DNA of 62,318 nucleotides, filler included, from Squatina squatina (lineage: Eukaryota): the NCBI GenBank assembly GCA_031763465.1. It is 4 parts of 4 records of this genome, joined end to end, with 100 filler letters (N's around TTAATTAATTAA, not from the genome) between each part and the next. Parts side by side here need not be neighbours in the genome. Positions count along the whole stretch, not along the records: positions 19,595 to 34,210 come from JARFOE010000007.1; positions 34,311 to 48,070 come from JARFOE010000168.1; 2 more parts are not named here. One strand, 5' to 3'. A model generated the notes under the pieces. The model did not search any database. It had not been told where the DNA came from and saw only the letters and a list, made by a program, of their open reading frames with translations. Each line of letters starts with the position of its first letter. The stretch's first letter is position 1. Below, in pieces: positions 26,439 to 37,975 of this stretch. Made by a program: the position numbers and the translations under genes.

Positions 26439-26597
26439 GCAATACAGCAACAGAGTTCTTCAGAGACAGAAGGAGAGGGAGGGAATACAGCAGATGCCAG
26501 CAGTGAAGGCGAAGGGGGTGAAATAATAGATGAGGAGGGAAAAGCTAAAAGCAAAAATGAGAAAGCAGGCTCCAAACGGAAAAAAGCTGCTTTTAAG
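26439..26597 (+). CDS. HDGFL3: HDGFL3 internal coding exon (acidic region plus basic NLS-like KRKK)
   Basis: tgttcttgtttcAG acceptor and GTAATG donor; 159 nt, phase 0-0; AIQQQSSSETEGEGGNTADASSEGEGGEIIDEEGKAKSKNEKAGSKRKKAAFK matches the HDGFL3 post-PWWP region. Confidence 0.93.
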
Positions 26598-26696
26598 GTA
26601 ATGGAGTAGAATATTTCCATGTGCTTTAAGTATACTGTGATGTACGTGTTTCAGTGTCTTTTTAGGTTGAAGCTCCGCGCAAGATTATTTCTTGAC

Positions 26697-27277
26697 TATT
26701 AAGACTTGACTATTCCAGCACACTCCTGACTGGCCTCCCACATTCTACCCTATGTAGGTTTGAGGTCATTCAAAACTTGGCTGCCCGTGTCCTAACTCGC
26801 ACCAAGTCCCGCTCACCCATCATTCCTGTGCTCACTGACCTACATTGGCTCCCGGTTAAGCAACGCCTTGATTTCAAAATTCTCATCTTTGCTTTCAAAT
26901 TCCTCCATGGCCTCGCCCCTCTCTATCTTCAGCCTCACAACCAACTCCCCCCCCCCCCCCCCCCCNNNNNNNNNNTATCTGCGCTCCTCTAATTCGGCCC
27001 TCTTGAGCATCCTTGATTAGAATCGCTCAACCATTGGTGGCCGTGCTTTCTGTTGCCGAGGTCCTAAACTCTGGAATTCCCTCCCTAAACCTCTCCACCT
27101 CTCTTTCCTCCTTTTAAGACATTCCTTAAAACCTACCTTTTCTGCCCAAGCTTTAGGTCACCTGTCCTGATTTCTCCTTATGTGGCTCGGTGTCAAATTT
27201 TGTTTTATAACACTCCAGTGAAGCATGTTGGGACACTTTACTATGTTAAATGCGCTATTTAAATAGAAGTCATTGTT
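26697..27277 (+). mobile_element. L2-clade LINE 3' end in an HDGFL3 intron
   Basis: AARVLTRTKSRSPIIPVLTDLHWLPVKQRLDFKILIFAFKFLHGLAPLYL, then a 3' tail similar to that of the Deu-type SINEs. Confidence 0.9.
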
Positions 27278-27702
27278 CGGAAGAATGGACTGAATCGTCT
27301 AAAGCTGATCTTACCCAGAAAATTTTACATGTAGTGAACAGAAATGGTTTTGTAAGCAAACGTTTAGATCTTAAGTTTAATTGCACTTCTCAGCGCTGCT
27401 GTCTAGATTGTATTGGTTCATCAGTACATCACAGCAACAAAATAACCCATTCTTACCTTTCACATTTTGTGTTAATAATTTGCATTCCTCCTCATGCGCT
27501 GTCAGGGTTCCCTTGAGGACACTTGTTTTTACAGTGATTCCTCCCCATCTCATTTAAAATTTGTTCTCCATTTTAAGTCTGGGTTTTGAAGTGGCTTACG
27601 AAATAACACTGTTCTATCACTGTCTCCTGAACCAGCTTCTTGTAATGCATCCCTATCCTGAATTGCATCGTTGGAGGTCTTTTCATGAGAGACCAATATG
27701 CT

Positions 27703-28430
27703 GGGGGCGAAATTCCGCGTCCGGGTTCACCCAGGGTGCTCCCTGGGCGTGCAGGCGTTTGCGGTGGCCGGCAGCCCTCCAGCCGGCTCCCGCGACGTTC
27801 GGGAGCTGGATAGTGGCACCCGCTTGAGCTGTGTCACTCGGCGGCGCACGGTGATCATCACTGTGTGCAGCGCCCCCTGAGCAACCCGGCAGTGAATTCG
27901 GCAGCGTCCCCAGCAGCAACGCCGGGCGACGGCAGCGACCGCTGCTGGGGACGCGAAAACGGTGGCCGGCCGCTCGGGCCGCCATTTAAAAGCGTGCTGG
28001 ACGGTGGCCAAAATGAAAAATTGCACTTCTTTAAAACTTAATTTTTTGATAACCAGTCACAGGCTAAGTGCCGCGGATCGGTCAGCCCAGCACTCTGCTT
28101 CAGTGCCGGGCTGATCGCACGGCACTCACACTCCCCGGTGCTTCAGCCATCATACTTCAAAGTGCAGAGCTCGCAGTGGGGAGCCCTTCCCTTTAATTGA
28201 GGAAAGATCTCCTGCAACATTGCAGCGCCACTCCTGGCCACTGGTGGCGCTGCTTAGCTCTGCGTTCTGGAGTCACCTCTTTGACGCTCTAGGAGGCAAC
28301 AGGAGTGCTCACCTTGACTCTGAAACAATTCTCGAACTCTGCACTTTTTTGCCAAGATAAGCGCTGATGATAATGTGGCACTTTTCTCTATTTTTGCGCC
28401 GGGAACGTGGGGCAAGGGAATTTTGCCTCC
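27703..28430. mobile_element. GC-rich non-autonomous TIR element
   Basis: TIRs gggggcgaaattcc / ggaattttgcctcc; internal gcccttccctttaa. Confidence 0.7.
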
Positions 28431-30505
28431 AAAGTGTTTCTTATTGAGGGATATGCAACTATAGTCAACTAATAATTCAAAGTTGTTCATTGCGCGCAAA
28501 AAAGAATTAACCAATAACTTGAATAAATCGCACCAGCAACACAGCAAAGTATTAAAAAAATTTGAATTGTCAGATAACTTGAATTAAGAGGCAGTAGACT
28601 ATATTTATCTTTGAAAGTGTGAGCCTTTTGCAATAACAGGCCTAAGTAATGGCTCGCACCATATTTAATGTAATTTAAAACATCTTTCATATTTCATGGA
28701 GACACCACATAACAGCTGGAACTGTTTTTGCTTTGTAAATTCATTTGAAGAGAATCTTCAGAACACAAATGTTCTGAGTCCAAATGAGATGAATCAGAGC
28801 TCGCATTGCCTCCAGTTACACTGGCACCAAACCGCAAGGAAATATAGTGGGCTATTAAACCCATTTCTTTTACAGCTTTAGCTCATTAATGTTACCTAGT
28901 TCTTTAGCAGATTAATGTTTAGCATATGATCTAAACAGTACACATTATGAAGACCTGAGGGATATAATTTGTGACTCCAGTATTTGTGGAGCTGGCTCGT
29001 CCTCTCTCACAGCTTCACTGTTTGTGCATTATCACGTCAGTGATTTTGGGATATAAGTAATATCTTCCAAATATATCCAATGCTTAAGTAATCATGACAG
29101 CAAGGTAAATTGTATGTCTTATTTAAGGGAATTTCCGTGTAATCATTTTCAAATTATTTTTTGATAAACTTACGGATGTTACGTCACAATCTGTGGGAGT
29201 TAATGGTGTCCTACGGTAATAATATGAATAGAGCACACTGGTTAATGACTGGTATCATACAGGGAGATAAAAAACAAATTACTGTAACGGTACACATGCT
29301 GGAAAACAGCAAGGTCAGTCAACATCTACAGGAAGAGCAGGCAACATTTCTTCAGAAGGGGTTGGGGTATCTGATGCTTTGCTCATGCACGTTGGGTATC
29401 TGATGATATGTTCGCCCATTTGAGTTTGGGGTACCATGTTTTACTTACCATTCAGGTGAGAGCTGATATATTTTTCATATATATTGTGATTCTTGGGACA
29501 TGGGCAAGGCTGGCATTTATGCCCATCTCTAGTTGGTATGTGTTTATTGGATGCTAAAAAGCGCAGGAATTAAAACATTCTCAGTTTATGTAATACGTTC
29601 TCTCTTTACGCATAGTGTAATAGTGCTATTTCAGTGATAGTAACAATTTTGAATTTAAGAACGTTAAAAAATAATAATAAATATATATGTTTAATTCTAT
29701 AACTATTTTTATACAGAAAAAATGTATTACAGAGAGTCCATGGAATTTTTATAACATGGGAGGGGGACCTCAGAAGCAAAAACTTTGCGAACCCCTGAAC
29801 TACATTATAAATATATTGTACAGTTCATGATGTAACACTACTGTTATTGTGGAAGCAGCATATTATCCAGCCTGTCATGAGCAATACCAAGGGAGATAGG
29901 TATATTAACTTAACCAGTATAGCCCTAGGCAATACTGGCACATCTTGCCCTGCTCCAGTTTAAAAATGCCAGTCTCCCTGAATCAAAGTCAAAGAACCAT
30001 CTATAACGGTATCCTTTTATGCATTGTTGAATTAGAAGTCAGCGACATGGGTGCTTTTTACATGTTTACATAAAGCCAGTAGCGCTCTACACTGCAATAT
30101 ATCTAGTCCACATTCTTGACTATGGTCCCCCTATCGGAGACAAATTTGGACATAAACAGAATACTATTTGAAGCTCTTTGTGATTAATTCCCACTTAGAT
30201 AATCAGGTAATTTGATGCCATCAGGGAACAATACAATTAATCAATTGGTATATTTAGATTTATATTGGCACACCTAAGGCCTGCAAACCAATTATTTTGG
30301 TGAACCAATGTTCTATTGATTGATGTAATGATTAATGTAATATACAATCAAACCGAGCTGNNNNNNNNNNNNNNNNNNNNNNNNNNNNNNNNNNNNNNNN
30401 NNNNNNNNNNNNNNNNNNNNNNNNNNNNNNNNNNNNNNNNNNNNNNNNNNNNNNNNNNNNGGGTCCTTTAGTTATAACCTGAAGCATGCTTTCAGTAAAT
30501 ACAAT

Positions 30506-31100
30506 GGGGCCGAAATTAGGCTCCTGTAACATCCCATTAGTGCCTCCGAGGGGCGCTAATGGATGGTTTAAAAAAAAAGGTGTCGGGAGGCGGCCATCTT
30601 GCCTCCCCGGAAATTCAGCTGGAGCGCAAAGGTCTTTGCGCCTGCCCAGCTGAGTTTTGCGTTGGATCTGAGCATGACATCATCAAAACAGATGCCGACC
30701 CGCACCACGCAGCCACAACGCCCTTGGCACTCCATTTGCTTCCCGCTGCAATGGGGCCCTTAAAGGGGAGGGCGTCTGCGCCTCCGGCCACCATTTTTAT
30801 TTATTGGCTGACTTCCTACTGGTGCGCCAGGCTGGTGGCCTGGTTGCCAGCAGCCCTGGCGGCGCAGGATAGCGCTTTCGGGATGGCCGGTGGCCCTTCC
30901 CTTTAAGGGAGGTTCGGCTGTCCTGCTGACATGGTGTTTCGGACGCCGATGACGTAGCGCTGAAGTCACGCCATCGGCGTCCGAGGCCTGCTCCTCCAGG
31001 AGCATCTGAGTGTGTGCTGTGTCCCGCAGGTGCCCTGGATCGCTAAATTCCAGGAGGGGCAGGCGGGCGCCGGTGGGAGAAATGCTGGCACCGCCCCGTA
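30506..31100. mobile_element. GC-rich non-autonomous TIR element (right end unclear)
   Basis: Begins ggggccgaaatt; contains cccttaaagggg and ggcccttccctttaagggagg. Confidence 0.6.
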
Positions 31101-31354
31101 TGTGTTTTAAAAGCGTTGCTCCACACTTTTGGCTGCAATATCTGTAAGAGGGTAGACCCTCCCTTTTTATGCTAGCATAGTCATATATTTAAATACTGTA
31201 TTTCTTTTGCCATGATAATTAAAAGTTTTGAGATGCTTATGCAGATTAACAGTTTTGTAAAATCTTACAAGGGAATATAAAAGTTCAGTAAGATTCAACA
31301 ATATTCTTCAATAGCAAATAATAGAACGACAAGTGACATTTGTTTAGATTGAAT

Positions 31355-31360
31355 TTTATT
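31355..31360 (-). terminator. Candidate polyadenylation signal AATAAA
   Basis: AATAAA on the minus strand, followed by CA dinucleotides and a GU/U-rich tract (ttgtcgttctattatttgct). Confidence 0.4.
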
Positions 31361-31640
31361 TACAAAAATAGCTTTTCTGCATTGTCTTCCCAAAATTATG
31401 ACATGAACAAACAGTGACACCCAAATTGTAATCTGTTTAATGAAATCCTCTCAACAAGAACGAACGCAACATGCTGAAGCAAAGCCATTACACAAAATGG
31501 GCGTAGAAAAAAAAAGGAATTATCAGACCATTTGAACTCAGCAACTTTGAGTTAAGCACAGGTTGTGCTCTGTCATTGGAAAGCTTTTTTTTAAAAAAAA
31601 AAAGAAACACTTGCTTCAAGTGAAATAACTACTTTTAATT

Positions 31641-31819
31641 TTAAAAAATGCCGGAAACACTCAGCGGCTCAGGCAGTATCTGTGGAGAGAGAAACAGAGT
31701 TAGCGTTTCAGGTCGATGACCCTTCAGATGCTCCACAGATGCTGCCTGAGCCAGTGTATCTCCAGCATTTTCAGTTTTTGTTTCAGATTTCCAACGTCCG
31801 CAGTATTTTTATTATGTTG
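31641..31819. mobile_element. Penelope-like foldback insertion with 15-bp flanking duplication
   Basis: Inverted arms 31666-31687 and 31731-31752 (22 bp, 1 mismatch); TAACTACTTTTAATT at 31626-31640 and 31820-31834; resembles chondrichthyan Penelope terminal repeats as recalled. Confidence 0.7.
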
Positions 31820-32065
31820 TAACTACTTTTAATTCTTCATTTCAGACTTCAATCATCTGAATTCTGGCCACTAAACACAGAGGGACCAGTTTTTGGCTGT
31901 CCAGTATTGGATATTTTACATACAATCATTCCTTCTGCCACCGTCAACATCAGATTTGCAGTTTGTGCAGGCTTTTCTTCATCATGCTGCCGATTATAGT
32001 TTTACGCACATGCCAGCCAGTAAAAAGCAAAAAGAAAACGCCTTTTATTTTATATTCTCCCTCTT

Positions 32066-32133
32066 TCAGAATATTGTGCGCAGCATTTCCCCCACACCCG
32101 ACAGTACTTTATTCTTATAATCGCCTTGCTCTT
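32066..32133 (-). CDS. Candidate terminal coding exon of an unidentified minus-strand gene
   Basis: cctttctcattaacAG acceptor; phase-1 frame reads (E)EQGDYKNKVLSGVGEMLRTIF-stop; followed by about 700 nt of UTR-like sequence ending in AATAAA. Confidence 0.4.
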
Positions 32134-33294
32134 CTGTTAATGAGAAAGGATACAATATTTATTTTTGATGCTTGCTTTAAATGTGAGAATTAAACTTTCC
32201 TTCCTGTGCTCAGCACAGTTTTATTCTTCCCTGTGCCATCTGTTCTACGGGATTTTTTAAGCATTTATTTAGTATCTTTACACAAAAAAGTGTCTGTTCT
32301 ACTGCTGTTCAGAAATGACTGTCTAGTAGAATAAAATTTATGGAATGCACGGATGTCGGTGTCACTTATTTACAGCTGACTGGAAGGCAAGACACCTTGG
32401 GACAAACCTTAGCGATCTCGCCAATCCAACTGGCCATTGCTGCAGTGGTGGAAAACAGAAGATGAAAATGCTCAAGTGGCCATGCAGGCAGCATCAGTCA
32501 CCGCCAGCAAAACAGGTGGTAGAGCCCATGCAGCGAGGGTGGTCGCACAATACATTTCTTGCAAAGTGATGCAAGTGTGCAGCCAGAGTAATGTCCAGCC
32601 GACTGCAGAACTGCATCCGTGTCTGAAATGAGCTAGGCTTTGTAATATTACAGACTGATACTGAAGCCAGTGTTGCGTCATCACTGTGAATATCAAGAGC
32701 AGCAATTACATTCACCGCCCACTAACTATCCTTTACCTTCGTCACCCGGAAATTGCAGTCATGGTCGGATAAAATATGCACGGTCATCGGTGGTCCCTTT
32801 AAGCTGTGCGGCCGCGCATGTGCGGTATTTTGAATGGCCCGCACAGCCCCTTGGGACCAAAAAAAATTACAGGGAACATTGATGGTCACCCGTGTCTATT
32901 TATAATGAGATTTTTGCACATGAAAATCTGTCAGTGCTAATTCATTTAGCTTTTACTTAAATTACACAGTACATTCAAACTTATTTCATGTAGGTCACTT
33001 ACAATCAGCAATGAACACTTTTAACCCATCAATCTGCGTTAGAAATTAACTTTGTTTCCAGAGGAGAGAGGTCAGTTTCTAACCCACTGCACTGTCCCAT
33101 CCCCTTAAACAAAATCTAAAATACTTGTCTTCCGTTCTTTGTCTCCCAGGTTACATTGTCCATTGTTGGAAGTGAAACCAACTCTTGAAAACATTACCTC
33201 CAATTGGCTGAAGAAAATGTTTGCAGCTAACTAGGGCCCAAAACAATGGATATTGACCTGATTTCCTCACGTCAGACCCACTCTTGCCAGGCAA

Positions 33295-33392
33295 CAGCTG
33301 GCATTCATATAGTGCCCTTAACGTAGTAAAACGTCCCAAGGCACTTCAGAGAGGTGTAATCAGGTAAAAATCGACACCAAACCAAAGAAGGA
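33295..33392 (-). mobile_element. L2 3' tail fragment
   Basis: gcattcatatagtgcccttaacgtagtaaaacgtcccaaggcacttca is the reverse complement of the L2 tail. Confidence 0.7.
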
Positions 33393-34210
33393 NNNNNNNN
33401 NNNNNNNNNNNNNNNNNNNNNNNNNNNNNNNNNNNNNNNNNNNNNNNNNNNNNNNNNNNNNNNNNNNNNNNNNNNNNNNNNNNNNNNNNNNNAGGCAATA
33501 AATGTCGGCCTTGCCAGCGACGCCCACATCCTGAAAAATGAACATTAACAAAACATCCCACTGCCTCTCCAGTTGAAGTCAGCTAAATCAGCACTGACCG
33601 GCGGTCATAGCTGGGATCTTCCTGGTCAGTACGACTTACTTCCCAACCACCTGGTACATTTATTCCCTGCACCAAGGTCAATTCTTAATGCAGACACTTG
33701 ACAATTAATATGAGGTACTAACCTTAGGTGCAGATTCATTCTCTAAAGGCTGGTTATAAATTTGGAGAACAGCCCACATGGGAAGAACGAAGTAAGGAAT
33801 AATCAGGAGATTAGGAGGGTCGAGTTTGGTGCCGTATTTTCCTAGTGAATGTATGAAAGCAAAGAAAATTCAGATCTAAGTCTTGCAGCCTACAAATTAC
33901 AAGTAAAAAACAATTAATAAGAGAAGGGGACATCCATTGCTTAAAGTCATCTCTGCTCACTCCCTTCCTCAATTGAGCCTTAGATCCTTCCAGATCACAT
34001 AACTTTAAATTGACCTTTTTCCATAAAAATGTTTCTCTATTATCCAAGAACCAATGTTCAAACCTCATAAAATGATTGAAGAGAGACAAAAGGCAGAAAT
34101 AGAGAGAGAAAGATAAAGAGAGTGAGAGGGAAAGAGAGTCACATGCATACATGCAGGTACATAATCCAGAACATCTCCAGATAGCATGCTTGCAAGACGC
34201 AAAGAGAGCT

Positions 34211-34310
34211 NNNNNNNNNNNNNNNNNNNNNNNNNNNNNNNNNNNNNNNNNNNNTTAATTAATTAANNNNNNNNNNNNNNNNNNNNNNNNNNNNNNNNNN
34301 NNNNNNNNNN
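34211..34310. other. Artificial scaffold-joining spacer N44-TTAATTAATTAA-N44
   Basis: 12-mer at 34255-34266, identical layout. Confidence 0.95.
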
Positions 34311-35074
34311 ATCCAGAATTCAACATTTATGCTAGAAATACAAAAGCTGCTGCAGCTGCAATTTAAAATTCTGCAGCAACTAAACAGTCTGTAAAGAGCA
34401 CTGGCTTCACATACCACATCTCCTTCCTGCAATATTTGCTTTCTGAGCATATCTTCCGTTACTTGTAACTCTTATCCTTTATATTCAGTCACCATCACTG
34501 ACCAGATTAGGGCATGGGAAAGGCTCTGAACTTTCCTTTGTACCCCATCACAAATTTTCCAGGCTTTTTGTGCTCAGCAACCACCATGCAAAATATAATG
34601 AGTATCCCCCTTGTTACAGTACACTAACAGACTATGATCATTGGTAGGTCCCACATGAATTATAAAATATATTCAAGCGATGTGCTAATTATAACTAATT
34701 ATTACCATTTGTTACAATAAGCTGTTCAATAGCTACTGAGTAAGAAAACCTGTCTGTGAGCTTGCTATCAAATGTAAGAAAAATAAAACTGATAAACTCT
34801 TCCTATTGCTGGGTCGCTGGATAGCTCAAGCAATTGACTTTGTTGAATGATTTTTTTTTTCATACCTCTATTTTAATGTGCTTTGGTTGGGACTGTTTCA
34901 TCAGCTGCAAATTATTCCACAGAAAGTAGAGAGGCATAAAACTGACTGAACCCATCCCATCAAAACTATACTACCCGTGGATGTTCACATTGCATTGAAG
35001 GTAGCCATAGAGATCCAAAGTTGAGGCCTGTTAGCCGAAGGGAGTCAAACAGCATCAGTGGATAAAGAAAATAC

Positions 35075-36325
35075 ACAAGTCCCTTGTTGGCACCAAACAC
35101 GTGCAATGACCATCTCTAAGAGAGAGCCTAACCACCTCCCCTTGACATTACCATCATTGAGTTCTCCACCCTCAACATCCCGGAGTCACCANNNNNNNNN
35201 NNNNNNNNNNNNNNNNNNNNNNNNNNNNNNNNNNNNNNNNNNNNNNNNNNNNNNNNNNNNNNNNNNNNNNNNNNNNNNNNNNNNNNNNNNNNNNNNNNNN
35301 NNNNNNNNNNNNNNNNNNNNNNNNNNNNNNNNNNNNNNNNNNNNNNNNNNNNNNNNNNNNNNNNNNNNNNNNNNNNNNNNNNNNNNNNNNNNNNNNNNNN
35401 NNNNNNNNNNNNNNNNNNNNNNNNNNNNNNNNNNNNNNNNNNNNNNNNNNNNNNNNNNNNNNNNNNNNNNNNNNNNNNNNNNNNNNNNNNNNNNNNNNNN
35501 NNNNNNNNNNNNNNNNNNNNNNNNNNNNNNNNNNNNNNNNNNNNNNNNNNNNNNNNNNNNNNNNNNNNNNNNNNNNNNNNNNNNNNNNNNNNNNNNNNNN
35601 NNNNNNNNNNNNNNNNNNNNNNNNNNNNNNNNNNNNNNNNNNNNNNNNNNNNNNNNNNNNNNNNNNNNNNNNNNNNNNNNNNNNNNNNNNNNNNNNNNNN
35701 NNNNNNNNNNNNNNNNNNNNNNNNNNNNNNNNNNNNNNNNNNNNNNNNNNNNNNNNNNNNNNNNNNNNNNNNNNNNNNNNNNNNNNNNNNNNNNNNNNNN
35801 NNNNNNTCCCAGCTCCCCAAAGCCTCTGCACCACCTACAAGGCACAAGTCAGGAGTGTGATAGAATATACTTGCCTGGAAGGGTGCAACTACAACACACA
35901 AGATGTTCAACACTATTCCCCTAGTCGAAACATCCACCCCCTCCACCACCAGCATGTCCTGGCTGCAGTGTGCACTATTTACAGGATGCACTGCAGCACC
36001 TCGCCAAGGTTTATTCAGCAGCACCTCCCAAATCCACGACCTATGCTACCGAGAAAGACAAGAGCAGTAGATGGATGGCAAGAGCATCATCTCCAAGTTC
36101 TTCTCCAAATCACACAACATCTGGACATGGGTATATATAGTCGTTCCTTCATCGTTGTTGGATCAAATTCCTAGAAATCCCCTACCTAATGGTATTGTGG
36201 GATCACCTTAATCACATGGATTCCAGTAGTTCAAGCAGAAGACCCACCACCACCTTAAGGGCAACTAGAGATGGGCAATTAACGCTAGCCTTGCCAGCAA
36301 CACACACATCCCAAAAATTGATTTT
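35075..36325 (+). mobile_element. CR1/L2-group LINE 3' portion (gap inside)
   Basis: AMTISKREPNHLPLT..., IHPLHHQHVLAAVCTIYRMHCS..., and the tail gggcaactagagatgggcaattaacgctagccttgccagc; the same tail recurs at about 33493-33545 (+) and 29490-29535 (-). Confidence 0.8.
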
Positions 36326-36665
36326 TAAAAGTCTTACTATATAATCCTCATTTCCCAGTGTACTTATAGGCGAGTTAACATATTTTATGAAAAATGCAGC
36401 ATAGAGCAACTTTTACTAATACAGGCTCTAAGTATTTAGTTTGACAGCAGTTCAAATAGCATGGCAAGTTGTTAGCAAGCTCAAACGTGAGAGGCAGCCA
36501 ATACACAAGTAATATCCTATTCAACCTACTATGCATCAAAACTCATCTGAGAAAGTTCTAAGATTCCTTATATCATCTACAGTAAGTGAATTTCCTTTCA
36601 CTAAAATCAAAATGACCTGTGCCAGACGTTGTATAGTAAAGTCACTCGCTCTAACAACTTCTCAC

Positions 36666-36827
36666 CTTTACATATGTAATATGGTCCCACATACTGATTC
36701 TTTGTCGGTCTAGGTCGTATCTTCTTCCAGGACCTACAATCAGAGTTCTTCAATCTACCAATTAAAATATCCTTCTTACACTTATGTTCCCCATCTCCGC
36801 TGTAGGTGTAGGTCAATCCTTTGGGAT
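36666..36827 (-). CDS. ZC3H7A: ZC3H7A coding exon leading into a CCCH zinc finger
   Basis: gtttttAG acceptor and GTGAGA donor, 162 nt, phase 1-1, compatible with the preceding exon; PKGLTYTYSGDGEHKCKKDILIGRLKNSDCRSWKKIRPRPTKNQYVGPYYICK. Confidence 0.92.
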
Positions 36828-37229
36828 CTAAAAACAGTGAAATTATAAATAAATTCCTTCAACACTAGATTACCTCTCACAACAAAGCCAAGTAACATGT
36901 AATACCAGTTTCTTATTCTGTTGTTGCAGAAAACACTCTGTCTATATTGCAGGGCAGTTCCAAAGCAGCCAGTTCCACTTTAAAACTTCACATTCAAAAA
37001 GCAACATTTGCACAGTTATTTCAAAGTTGAAAATAGAAACTTTTAGCTGATATAATACCATTCCCAATGGTTTGGGTAAAGATTAGAACAGTCTAGTGTT
37101 CACAAAACCATACCACTGGCTTACACTTAGAAAACTACAGCACTGGCTTGTACAAGGCAGTCATAAATATAAATGCTCAGCCCATCAGTGACTAAAGACA
37201 CAACCTTCCCCCAGCAGCAAGCATACATT

Positions 37230-37975
37230 GGCCCTGAAATTGCGATCGGAGGCTTCCTGCGTGCGGAGTCCTCCGATGGCAAAAATATTTACGTACTTAC
37301 CTGACAGTCCTCGATCCATGCGACCTTGCGAGATCCAGCCCCCCACCCCCCGAGTTGGAGTTTCGGAGCGGGGCTCTGTAGATTCCCAGGGGATGTCCAG
37401 CGTAAAGGCTGGAGAGGTCACATGGGAAGCCCCAACCAATCAGGTAGGAGTATCTTTCATTCAAGCTTTTGACAGTGCTCACAAAACTGTCAGAACTTGA
37501 ATGAAAGATGAAAAACAACACAAACACATCCCAAAACATTTTAACAACTATTCTAACATTAAAATGTAATAAAAAGGAGATAAATAAGACAAAAAGATTT
37601 TTTTTGAAATTAGAAAAAAATCTTTTAAAACATTTAAAAACATACTTACCTAATGGGAATGGTTTTAAAGTAATGTACCATTAATTTTTTTGATTTAATT
37701 TTGTTTTTTAATTCTTATGCTGGTAAAACCAAGCAGATACACTAGGTTTTACCATGCGTAAAAAAGTTTAACAGATTTCCAGTACAAGCTTTGCAAATAT
37801 CTCACAAAGCTCAGCGCTGGAAATCTGTTTTCCAGCCTAAGCATATGATCTGTCAAGAAAAATCTTGACAGATCGCAAATGCTGGATCTGTGGGCTTGCG
37901 CAGATCAGCCACAGAACCGGCATTTGCGATGTCTCCCCAGGTGTTCCCACCCGGGGAGATCTCGATTTCAGGGCC
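37230..37975. mobile_element. Non-autonomous TIR element with a chain of internal hairpins
   Basis: TIRs GGCCCTGAAATTGCGATC / GATCTCGATTTCAGGGCC; A/T-rich core; several internal palindromes. Confidence 0.8.

Noticed and set aside
32400-32881. hAT transposase remnant (PLLQWWK) and a possible TIR cagggaacattg
   Set aside because: The similarity is only a few residues and I found no matching left TIR
33120-33190. Plus-strand acceptor tctcccAG followed by VTLSIVGSETNS-stop as the HDGFL3 last exon
   Set aside because: No resemblance to the HDGFL3 C-terminus that I can recognise, the preceding exon is absent, and it lies among repeats
35058-36024. 200-300 aa ORFs
   Set aside because: Mostly X from a 600-nt N run; the remaining parts belong to a decayed LINE
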